Assembly: GCA_043760085.1 (NCBI GenBank)
Contig: JAYUPO010000150.1
Location: 1 to 41,205 of the forward strand
DNA length: 41,205 nt
Direction of reading: 5' to 3'
DNA from: Burkholderiales bacterium
GTDB taxonomy: Bacteria > Pseudomonadota > Gammaproteobacteria > Burkholderiales > Burkholderiaceae_C
Numbering within the stretch: the stretch's first letter is position 1; every line of letters starts with the position of its first letter. The notes beneath the pieces are model-generated. The model was not told where the DNA came from. It saw nothing but the letters and a program-made list of their open reading frames with translations, and searched no databases. The position numbers and the translations under genes were made by a program. This document shows positions 26,038-33,893 of the stretch, piece after piece.

Positions 26038-26481
26038 TCAATTGTTGCGGATGGTGGGGTCGTACTCCCAGCAACTAAAGGTGCTGCCCGTGGGCTTGAC
26101 CCTGACGCTGTACTTGAAATCGCCGTCGACGTCTTTCTTGTCATGCATGCTGAACCTCTGCGGCTGCTGCGGATTGAACGATGACTTGAACTGGCCTGAG
26201 CCGTGGTGGATCGTGATGCCGCCGCCACCCACGAACTCGTAGCCCGGTGTGGTGATCACCCAAGTGATCTTGGTATTGCGTTGTTTGACTTCCAGGTCGC
26301 CATTGACGGTATCCACTTGATCTTGGTCCATGCAATTGCCGGAGACCTTGACTTCGACATCACAACTGCCGTTGCAGGCCCTGAAAACCGTGCCAGGCGG
26401 GACGAAGGTTCCCTTCATTGATTGGCAACCCACGACCACCAAACCGGCCAAGATCGGCAACATCAAATAGCGCTTGTTCAT
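26038..26481 (-). CDS. Lipoprotein of unknown function, 147 aa, beta-rich
   Basis: AAGGAG RBS, MNKRYLMLPILAGLVVVGC lipobox, four further Cys, C-terminal FKYSVRV...YDPTIRNN; visibly more AT-rich than its flanks. Confidence 0.8.
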   Translation of the reverse strand: MNKRYLMLPILAGLVVVGCQSMKGTFVPPGTVFRACNGSCDVEVKVSGNCMDQDQVDTVNGDLEVKQRNTKITWVITTPGYEFVGGGGITIHHGSGQFKSSFNPQQPQRFSMHDKKDVDGDFKYSVRVKPTGSTFSCWEYDPTIRNN

Positions 26482-26633
26482 GAGCTTGCTCCTTGTGTGC
26501 GTCGACCCTCGAACGCAAGGCGCAGTATCGGCGCGCAGCCAGCGTTTCGACGTCCCCAATTCATAGGACAAACCTCAGGCTTCGGCGGTCACTTCCATGC
26601 ACTGGCTACCGCGGCCGTTAGGGCTGCTGCTGG

Positions 26634-26693
26634 CGCTGCCGCGAGGTGCTACAGCGGCCGCTGCCGCGAGGGGCTACAGCGGCCGCTGCCGCG
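26634..26693. repeat. 25-bp tandem repeat (2.4 units) duplicating the amiC stop region
   Basis: CGCTGCCGCGAGGTGCTACAGCGGC / CGCTGCCGCGAGGGGCTACAGCGGC / CGCTGCCGCG. Confidence 0.85.
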
Positions 26694-28239
26694 CCAGCGG
26701 CGGGTGGCGGGCAAAGTAGCGTTGAATGCCGGCGGCCAGGGCCAGCACCAGCTTGGCGCGGTAGGCGCCGTCGCGCAGCAGGGCTTCTTCTTCGGGGTTG
26801 GAGATGAAGGCGGTTTCAACCAGGATGCTGGGCACGTCGGGCGCCTTGAGCACGGCAAAGCCGGCCTGTTCAACCTGCGGTTTGTGCAGCCGGCCCACTT
26901 GCTGCAGCCGGCCCAGCACTTCGCTGCCGAGCTTGAGGCTGTCCTTGATTTGCGCCGTGGTGCTCATGTCGAGCATGGCGCGCAACACCTGGTTGTCCTT
27001 CGTGGCGATGTTCATGCCGCCCACCAGGTCGGCCGCGTTCTCGCGGCTGGCCATCCAGCGCGCGGCCGCACTCGTGGCCGCGCCCTGGCTCAGGGCAAAG
27101 ACGCTGGCGCCGCGCGCTTCGGGCCGGAAGAAGGCATCGGCATGGATGCTCACGAACAAGTCCGCCTGCACGCGGCGTGCCTTGCGCACGCGCTCGTGCA
27201 GGGGCACGAAGTAGTCGCCGTCGCGCGTCAGCATGACGCGCAGGTTTGGCTGCTTGTGCAGTTCGTCGCGCAGCTTCAGCGCCACCGCGAGCACCACGTC
27301 TTTTTCGCGCAGGCCGCTGGGCCCCACGGCGCCGGGGTCTTCGCCGCCGTGGCCGGGGTCGAGCGCCACGATGATCAGGCGCTCGCTGCGCGTGGCGATG
27401 CGGGGTGTGGGTGCGCTGGCCGCGGCGCTGGGGGTGGGCGTGGACGTGACTGGCGCGGTGGTGCGGCCGGGCGACGCGGGCGGCGTCGCGGTGGCGCTGA
27501 TCGCGCCAGCCGAGGCCGCGCTGGTGCCGGCGTTGATGCCGGCGCTGACGGCTGGTGCAGCGCCGGCCCATCGCGGCGCACTGGCGGCGCTGGCCGCGAC
27601 GCCGGGACGATCGAGCCGGCCGATGAGTTCGCCCAATGCATCGCGTGACTCGCGCGGCTCGCGTGCTGCCTGTGCCGCCTGTGTGGCCTCGCGCGCAGCA
27701 ATCGCCGCTTCGCGCGCGCGCAGCAACTGCAGCAAAGGGTCGGGTGCCTCGCTGGGGTGCAAGTCAAACACCAGCCGGTGCCGGTACGCCGCCACCGGCG
27801 TGAGCGCAAAGACCTGCGGCTTGCTCGCTTGCTTCAATTCGAGTGTGAGGCGCAGCTTGCCCTTGGGTTGCGCGCTGACCTGCACCGCGGCGATGAAGGG
27901 GTCGTTGGTGGGCACCTTGGCGCTGAGTTCGGCCAAGGTGGCGTTCAGCTCCAGGTCGTCAATCTCGATCACCAGCCGTGCCGGTGCCAAGGCCAGGCTG
28001 TGGCTGTAGCGCAGCGCGAAGTCTGATTCGAGCGTGACGCGGGTGTACTCGGCCGCCGGCCACACGCGCACCGCCACCACCGTGGCGGCGTGCGCGGCAT
28101 GGCGCGCCGTGAAGCTCAGCACCAGCACGCCCAGGCCTTGCAGGGCCAGGCGGCGTTGGGGCCGGTGCCGTGCCGTCACCGGGGTACCTTCATGCTTCGC
28201 ATTCAGGGATTCGCCCTTCGGGCGGCCGGGCGGGCTCAT
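26674..28239 (-). CDS. amiC: N-acetylmuramoyl-L-alanine amidase (AMIN + Amidase_3) with a long Ala/Pro/Thr linker
   Basis: RR signal, AVRVWPAAEYTRVTLESD, LDPGHGGEDPGA, EK, SIHAD, LVETAFISN. Start is ATG 28239 (coupled to tsaE) or GTG 28179. Confidence 0.93.
   Translation of the reverse strand: MSPPGRPKGESLNAKHEGTPVTARHRPQRRLALQGLGVLVLSFTARHAAHAATVVAVRVWPAAEYTRVTLESDFALRYSHSLALAPARLVIEIDDLELNATLAELSAKVPTNDPFIAAVQVSAQPKGKLRLTLELKQASKPQVFALTPVAAYRHRLVFDLHPSEAPDPLLQLLRAREAAIAAREATQAAQAAREPRESRDALGELIGRLDRPGVAASAASAPRWAGAAPAVSAGINAGTSAASAGAISATATPPASPGRTTAPVTSTPTPSAAASAPTPRIATRSERLIIVALDPGHGGEDPGAVGPSGLREKDVVLAVALKLRDELHKQPNLRVMLTRDGDYFVPLHERVRKARRVQADLFVSIHADAFFRPEARGASVFALSQGAATSAAARWMASRENAADLVGGMNIATKDNQVLRAMLDMSTTAQIKDSLKLGSEVLGRLQQVGRLHKPQVEQAGFAVLKAPDVPSILVETAFISNPEEEALLRDGAYRAKLVLALAAGIQRYFARHPPLARQRPL
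28176..28239 (-). repeat. 60-bp in-frame hairpin element bounded by ATGA/GTGA at the tsaE-amiC junction
   Basis: ATGA-GCCCGCCCGGC-CGCCC GAA GGGCG-AATCCCTGA-ATGC GAA GCAT-GAAGGTACCCCG-GTGA; encodes MSPPGRPKGESLNAKHEGTP. Confidence 0.65.
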
Positions 28240-28730
28240 GCGCGCAACAGGGCCAGCCCGCGTTCGCTGTGGGCGTGCAGCGTCACGTCGCGCCAGTGCT
28301 CGTCGCGTGTTTGCAGGTGCAGCGCAAGGTCGGGTGGCGGCAGCACCGCGGCGGCCTTCTCGGGCCACTCCGCCAGCTTCAGGCCGGGGCCGGCAAAGAC
28401 ATCGCGCAAGCCCGCGTCATGCCATTCGCGCGGGTCGTTGAAGCGGTAGAAATCAAAGTGCGAGATCAGCAAACCGGGCAGTTCATAGGACTCGAGCACC
28501 GCGTAGGTGGGGCTCTTCACGCGCCCGGCCACGCCCAGGGCGTGCAGCAGGTGGCGCACGAAGGTGGTCTTGCCTGCGCCCAGCTCACCGTGCAGCGTGA
28601 TGAAGGTGTTGTGCAAGGCGTTGTGCAGCTCACCGTGGCGCGCCAGTTGGGTGGCGCAGGCGGCGCAGGCCGCCTCATCAGGCCAGTGCAGTTGTCGGGT
28701 TTCTAGAATCGGCGGATGCGCGAGCGTCAT
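28236..28730 (-). CDS. tsaE: tRNA threonylcarbamoyladenosine biosynthesis ATPase TsaE
   Basis: GELGAGKTT, VKSPTY, HFDFYRF, EWP; upstream of amiC. Confidence 0.95.
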   Translation of the reverse strand: MTLAHPPILETRQLHWPDEAACAACATQLARHGELHNALHNTFITLHGELGAGKTTFVRHLLHALGVAGRVKSPTYAVLESYELPGLLISHFDFYRFNDPREWHDAGLRDVFAGPGLKLAEWPEKAAAVLPPPDLALHLQTRDEHWRDVTLHAHSERGLALLRA

Positions 28731-29801
28731 TCAATCGAACCGCAGGCGCTGTGGCAGCGCGTGCAGCAATGGGCACGGGAGCTGGGATTCTCCCAGATCA
28801 CCGTGGCCAGCATCGACCTGCAAAACGCTGAAGCCGGCCTGGCGCAATGGCTGGCCGCGGGCTTTCACGGCAGCATGGCCTACATGGCGCGGCATGGCAG
28901 CAAGCGCGCGCGCCCGGCCGAGCTGGTGCCGGGAACGGTGAGCGTGCTCTGCGCGCGCATGGACTACCTGCCGCGCAACGCACCGCCCGACTGGGTGGCG
29001 CGGCAATGGCAGCGCCAGGCCGAGCCGGCACAGGCCGTGGTTTCGGTGTATGCGCAGGGGCGCGACTATCACAAGCTGCTGCGCGCGCGGCTGCAAGACT
29101 TGAGCGAACGCATCGGCGCAGAAGTTGGGCCATTCGGCCACCGCGTGTTCACCGATTCGGCGCCGGTGCTTGAAGTGGAGTTGGCCAGCCGCAGCGGCCT
29201 GGCCTGGCGCGGCAAGCACACCCTGGCCCTGCACCGCGAGGCCGGCTCGATGTTCTTTCTGGGCGAGCTTTTCACCGACATTGCCTTCGCCCCCACGCCG
29301 CCCAGCGGCGCGCACTGCGGCCAGTGCAGCGCCTGCATCACGGCCTGCCCGACGCAGGCCATCGTCGCGCCGTACAAGCTCGATGCGCGGCGCTGCATTT
29401 CGTACCTGACCATCGAACACGACGGCGCGATTCCGCTCGAACTGCGGCCCTTGATGGGCAACCGCATTTACGGCTGCGACGATTGCCAGCTTGCCTGCCC
29501 CTGGAACAAGTTTGCGCAACGCTCGCCGCTGAGCGACTTCGACCCGCGCCACGGCCTGGATGGCGCCACGCTGCTGGAGCTGTGGGCCTGGAGCGAGGCC
29601 GAATTCATGCAGCGCACGCAAGGCAGCGCCATCCGCCGCATCGGCTGGCAGCGCTGGCGGCGCAACCTGGCCGTGGCCTTGGGCAATGCCTTGCGCGCCG
29701 CCCCCGATGACGCGCTGCGCGCCAAACTGCTGCATGCACCGGACACCGACGAGCTGGTGCGCGAGCACATCGCCTGGGCCCTGGCGCAGGGCTCGGCCTG
29801 A
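28716..29801 (+). CDS. queG: Epoxyqueuosine reductase
   Basis: YAQGRDYH, FTDSAPVLE, CGQCSACITACPT, RCISYLTIE, YGCDDCQLACPWN. Confidence 0.97.
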   Translation: MRERHSIEPQALWQRVQQWARELGFSQITVASIDLQNAEAGLAQWLAAGFHGSMAYMARHGSKRARPAELVPGTVSVLCARMDYLPRNAPPDWVARQWQRQAEPAQAVVSVYAQGRDYHKLLRARLQDLSERIGAEVGPFGHRVFTDSAPVLEVELASRSGLAWRGKHTLALHREAGSMFFLGELFTDIAFAPTPPSGAHCGQCSACITACPTQAIVAPYKLDARRCISYLTIEHDGAIPLELRPLMGNRIYGCDDCQLACPWNKFAQRSPLSDFDPRHGLDGATLLELWAWSEAEFMQRTQGSAIRRIGWQRWRRNLAVALGNALRAAPDDALRAKLLHAPDTDELVREHIAWALAQGSA

Positions 29802-30013
29802 ATGAAGATTGACACCCATCGGGGGGAGTGAACCCCCAAACTTGTAGCTGCGTGCGTCATCAAACCAATTGATGCACAGGCGCAGTGGCGTTCCTAGACT
29901 TTGCTCGCAGGTCGGCACTTTGCTGCGGCCTGATGCGAACCCCGAGGCCAGCCGTGGCCGGGGTTCATTGGTGAAGCGAGTGTGGGCCTTGCGGCCCAAT
30001 CCAGGAGCAGATG

Positions 30014-31180
30014 ATGGCAACGAGAAAGTCTCAATCAGAATTCCAGGCCCCCGGCCACGAGCCGGCGCCGGACAGCGAAACTGGCCTCAACGCCGGGTAC
30101 GAAGCCCCCGGCAGCGACGACGCCATGTCCGCCGAGGCCGGCGATGCGCAAGTGGACACCTTCCTGGCCGGCGTGGACGCGCAGGTGATGTCGGCCAAGG
30201 CCCAGGTGGAGCAACTGCTGGCCAGCTTGAGCGGTGAATCTGTCGGCGCACAGGCGCAAGAGGCGATGGACGCCAACATCACCGGCGTGGGCATCGGCCT
30301 GGGCAACGGCGATGCCGCTTCGACCCAGGGCGCGCCCGGCGACCCGGTGCTCGTGGTCTATACGCTGGAGCCCGAATCGGTGAGCGAGGTCAAGGCCCGG
30401 TTGGCTTCGGTGACCGGCGTGTCGGCGCTGGCCGACGAAGAGTTGCCCATGCAGGTGGTGCACACCGGCGTGATCGACGCGCAGCCGCACCGCATGCGGC
30501 TGCGCCCGGCGCCCGGTGGCATCAGTTGCGGCCACCGCCTCATCACCGCGGGCACCCTGGGTTGCCTGGTGCGTGGCCGCTCGGCGCCGCGCAACGCCCG
30601 GCTCATGATCCTGAGCAACAACCATGTGCTGGCCAACACCAACGCCGGGCCGCTGGGTGAATCGATCATTCAACCAGGCCGGATTGATGGCGGCATCCAC
30701 CCGCGCGACCAGGTGGCGATTCTCGAGCGCTTCATTCCCATCAACTTCGCCGCCGGCGCCGCCAACATCGTCGACTGCGCCACGGCGTGGGCCTGGCCCG
30801 ACCGCGTGCGCCGCGAGTTGATGTACATCTCGGGCGGCGTGATCCGCTATTTCACCGTGGGCACCATGCCGGTGGCACCGGTGCTGGGCATGCCGGTGGG
30901 CAAGTCGGGCCGCACCACGCAGTTGACCAGTGGCGCCGTCACCGCGGTGGCAGTCACCGTGAACGTTAACTATGACGGCCGGGTGGCGCGCTTCATCAAC
31001 CAGATCGCAGTGCGCTCGGCCAGCGGCGACTTCAGCCGCGGCGGCGACTCGGGCTCGTTGATCTGGACCTGGAACGCCAGCCGCGCGCCCGTGGCGCTGC
31101 TGTTCGCCGGCGGTGGTGGCACGACGTTTGCCAACCCGATCGGCCGAGTGCTGGCGGCGCTGGACGTGGTGATCGTTTGA
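30014..31180 (+). CDS. Trypsin-like (PA clan) serine protease with acidic N-terminus and pro-domain, NAL1-like, no signal peptide
   Basis: GTLGC, LSNNHVL (His), IIQPG..DGG, VDCA (Asp), GDSGS (Ser), LLFAGG; AGGAG RBS; ATG 30011 or 30014. Confidence 0.88.
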   Translation: MATRKSQSEFQAPGHEPAPDSETGLNAGYEAPGSDDAMSAEAGDAQVDTFLAGVDAQVMSAKAQVEQLLASLSGESVGAQAQEAMDANITGVGIGLGNGDAASTQGAPGDPVLVVYTLEPESVSEVKARLASVTGVSALADEELPMQVVHTGVIDAQPHRMRLRPAPGGISCGHRLITAGTLGCLVRGRSAPRNARLMILSNNHVLANTNAGPLGESIIQPGRIDGGIHPRDQVAILERFIPINFAAGAANIVDCATAWAWPDRVRRELMYISGGVIRYFTVGTMPVAPVLGMPVGKSGRTTQLTSGAVTAVAVTVNVNYDGRVARFINQIAVRSASGDFSRGGDSGSLIWTWNASRAPVALLFAGGGGTTFANPIGRVLAALDVVIV

Positions 31181-31223
31181 CGCGCACGGCTTGAACCGAC
31201 AATCGATCCCGGTGTCAACCACA

Positions 31224-31239
31224 GGCAGGCCGCAACCGC
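31224..31239 (+). repeat. Left arm of a perfect 16-bp inverted repeat; also part of a 9-bp-stem hairpin (31225-31246)
   Basis: GGCAGGCCGCAACCGC is the exact reverse complement of 31570-31585. Confidence 0.85.
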
Positions 31240-31276
31240 GGCCTGCTGCAAGCTTTTCGGACCAGGAAACGCAATC

Positions 31277-31570
31277 ATGGCTACCCCACCCAAACCAGGT
31301 TCCCTTGACTTTCTGAACGGCGCGCCGGCGCCTGTGCGGCCGGGTGATGCAACGCCGGCGCCAGACCCCGCCGACAGCCTGCCGCCCAAGCAGGTGGCGA
31401 CGCTGATGGCCTTGCGCGGCGTCGATGGCGTGTGGATCGAACGCGACGCCGGCGGGCAGCGGGTGGTGGTGATCCACTACACGCCGCCCGACCAGCCCAC
31501 GCACCTGCCGCTGCAGGTGAATGGGCTGCCCACGCGCATCGTGGGCGGCGAGCCGATCCGCGCGCTGTAG
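31277..31570 (+). CDS. Small protein (97 aa) resembling the protease pro-domain
   Basis: LMALRGVDGVWI / GQRVVVIHYT / GLPTRIVGGEPIRA parallel AMDANITGVGI / GDPVLVVYT / ELPMQVVHTGVIDA in the upstream protease; AGGA RBS. Confidence 0.75.
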   Translation: MATPPKPGSLDFLNGAPAPVRPGDATPAPDPADSLPPKQVATLMALRGVDGVWIERDAGGQRVVVIHYTPPDQPTHLPLQVNGLPTRIVGGEPIRAL

Positions 31571-31585
31571 CGGTTGCGGCCTGCC
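31570..31585 (-). repeat. Right arm of the 16-bp inverted repeat
   Basis: GCGGTTGCGGCCTGCC, beginning on the G of the small gene's TAG stop. Confidence 0.85.
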
Positions 31586-31596
31586 GCGGCAACGCT

Positions 31597-33084
31597 TCAG
31601 CGTGTCGCAGGTACCTGGCCAGCCTGGCCTGGCGCGCCTGCCAGCCGCGCCAGCGCGCGCTGCGATTCATCAAGCATGCTGCCCGTGCTACGCGCCTTGC
31701 GCATTGATTTGACAACCGCCTCGAACGCCTCGCGCGCGGCCTCGCGCTCACCCGCATGCGCCAGCAAGGTGCCGCGGTTGAACTGCCACAGGTCGCCCTG
31801 GCCGGCGGGCAGCGAGCCGGCCGGAAACAGCACCTCAAAAGTGCTCAAGAGTTGCGCCGGCGGCAAGGCTTCGAGCAGCACGCTGCGCTCGTCAGCGCGC
31901 AGCATGCGGGTGGCAAACGCATAGGTCCACAGGCGCTGCTTGCTGCGTTCAGGGATGGGCTCGTTGCCGCGCCGCATCTCGTCTGCCACAGTCAGCGCGT
32001 AGGCCGTGAGCTCGGTGCTGCCGCTGATGCTGCCGCCGAGTTGCAGCGCACGCACGAAGGGCAAGGTCTTGGGGCGGCTGCGCGCACTGGCCACCGCCTG
32101 GGCGAAACGCTTGCGCGCTTGCGGCAGGTTGTCGGCCCGATCCAGCATCTGGCGCGCCCACATGGCGTGCGCGTAGGGGTTGGTGGCGTCGTCGGCCAAG
32201 GCGTGCTGCCAATGCCGTTGCGGCTCCAGGCCAACCATGCCGCCTCTGCCGCGCAAGTAGTCGCCCCAGCCGATGTGGGCGCGCAAGTCTGCCGCACGCG
32301 CACCGGTGGCCGTGGGCAGGGCCTGCATCAACACGGGTTCGGCCTGGGCCACTTGTTCGGCAAAGGTCTGTTGGCCTTCCACGGCGCGCATGTCGCGCAG
32401 CCACAGCATGGCGCAGTTTTCGCGCGCGGCCGGCACAGCAGGTGGCAGTGGCGGGGGCGGCGTGCGCGCAGCCAGGGTGTTGAGCTGCGCCAGCGCCGCG
32501 GCGTAGCTGCCGTCGGTGCACAGTTGTTTGGCGCTGGCGGCCTGCGCGCTGTCGCGCTGCAGCACGGCCTGCTGTTCCTGGCGCACCTGCTCGGCCGCGT
32601 TGCGCTGCATCGCTGCATAGCCCAGGCCGCCCGCTGCGGCAACGGCCACGGCCAGGCCGAGCCCGATCTTCAGGCCCTTGCCGCTTGCCGCCGGCTTGAG
32701 CCTGGCCACGGCGGCCACTGTTTCGGCCACCAACTCGCCACGCGGCTGAAGAATCGTCACCGCGCTCAGGTAAGGCGGCAAGGCCGCGATCGGCGTGGCC
32801 ACCACCATCACCGGCAGCACATGGCCGCTGGGCCGGCGCCAGTGCGCCTGCGCGAATTTCAGCTCGGCCAGGGTGTAGCTGCCCGGCGCCACGGCCTCGG
32901 GCGTGATCAGGAAAACGAAGGCATCGGCTGCCGCCACCGCTTCGCGCAGGCGCTGGTGAAAGGCCGCGCCGGCTTGCAGGTCGCTGCGGTCGTGAAAGAC
33001 ATCATGCCCCTCGGCTTCCAGCGCCAGGGCAAGGCGCGCGGCCAGGTCGCGCTGCGCGGAAGGGTAGGAGATAAACAGCTTCAT
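31597..33084 (-). CDS. TIR-domain protein with one TM helix and a helical/TPR-like C-terminal domain
   Basis: KLFISY...GHDVFHDRSDLQAG...ADAFVFLITP...SYTLAELKFA (Glu at the usual TIR catalytic position); TM IGLGLAVAVAAAGGLGYAAM; TPR-like WQHALADDATNPYAHAMWA. Confidence 0.88.
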   Translation of the reverse strand: MKLFISYPSAQRDLAARLALALEAEGHDVFHDRSDLQAGAAFHQRLREAVAAADAFVFLITPEAVAPGSYTLAELKFAQAHWRRPSGHVLPVMVVATPIAALPPYLSAVTILQPRGELVAETVAAVARLKPAASGKGLKIGLGLAVAVAAAGGLGYAAMQRNAAEQVRQEQQAVLQRDSAQAASAKQLCTDGSYAAALAQLNTLAARTPPPPLPPAVPAARENCAMLWLRDMRAVEGQQTFAEQVAQAEPVLMQALPTATGARAADLRAHIGWGDYLRGRGGMVGLEPQRHWQHALADDATNPYAHAMWARQMLDRADNLPQARKRFAQAVASARSRPKTLPFVRALQLGGSISGSTELTAYALTVADEMRRGNEPIPERSKQRLWTYAFATRMLRADERSVLLEALPPAQLLSTFEVLFPAGSLPAGQGDLWQFNRGTLLAHAGEREAAREAFEAVVKSMRKARSTGSMLDESQRALARLAGAPGQAGQVPATR

Positions 33085-33893
33085 GCGTGTGTGGTGTTGC
33101 CGTGGCTCCAGTTCATGACGATGCGGTGCAGGGCATCGAGCCCATCGGTCAGGGCGGCGGGCCCGGGTTGCAGGATGAGGGGGGATTTGATTTCATGCAA
33201 CTCGCCGTGTCGCACCGCCGGCACGTCGGCCCAGCCCGGCCGCTGCGCCACATGCTGCGGGCGAAACTTCTTGCCGCACCAACTGCCGATGATGATGTCG
33301 GGCGCGGCGCGCACCACTTCCAGCGGGTCGGCCACGATGCGGTCTTTGCCCAGGCTGGCCTGCGCGCGCGCGGGGAAGATGTCGTCACCCCCGGCCACGC
33401 CGAGCAGTTCGCTGACCCAGGCGATGGCGCTGATCTGCGGCACGTCCCATTCCTCGAAGTACACCTTGGGCCGGCGTGGCAAGGCCGCCGCCGCGGCACG
33501 CACCGCCTCCACCTTGGCGGCCAGCTCGGCCGCATAACGCCCGGCTGCATCGGCCTGGCCCACCAGCGCGCCCAGGCGCAGCACGTAACCCAGGATGCCG
33601 GCCACGCTGCGGTGGTTGCTGATCCACACCTCCACGCCGGCGCGGATGAGCGCGGCGGCAATGTCGGCCTGCATGTCTGAAAAGCCGATCGCCAGATCCG
33701 GCTTCAAGGCCAGGATGCGGTCGATCTTGGCGCTGGTGAACGCGCTGACGCGCGGCTTTTCATGCCGCGCCTGCGGCGGGCGCACGGTGAAGCCCGAGAT
33801 GCCCACGATGCGGTGCTGCTGGCCCAGCGCATACAGCACCTCGGTGGGCTCTTCGGTCAGGCAGACGATGCGTTCGGGCAGGGCGAAGTTCAT
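33081..33893 (-). CDS. BtuF/TroA-like cobalamin/iron-complex-binding-family protein, no signal peptide
   Basis: PERIVCLTEEPTEVLY, LKPDLAIGFSD, PKVYFEEW, WCGKKF, ILQPGP. Confidence 0.85.
   Translation of the reverse strand: MNFALPERIVCLTEEPTEVLYALGQQHRIVGISGFTVRPPQARHEKPRVSAFTSAKIDRILALKPDLAIGFSDMQADIAAALIRAGVEVWISNHRSVAGILGYVLRLGALVGQADAAGRYAAELAAKVEAVRAAAAALPRRPKVYFEEWDVPQISAIAWVSELLGVAGGDDIFPARAQASLGKDRIVADPLEVVRAAPDIIIGSWCGKKFRPQHVAQRPGWADVPAVRHGELHEIKSPLILQPGPAALTDGLDALHRIVMNWSHGNTTHA

Noticed and set aside
27400-27620. Ala/Pro/Thr-rich insert in AmiC as an intein or extra domain
   Set aside because: Low-complexity linker between AMIN and catalytic domains; no splicing motifs.
29937-29966. 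Hairpin GAACCCC..GGCCA-GCCG-TGGCC-GGGGTTC in the protease leader as a riboswitch or ncRNA
   Set aside because: A single stem with no recognisable aptamer consensus; would need an Rfam/covariance search.
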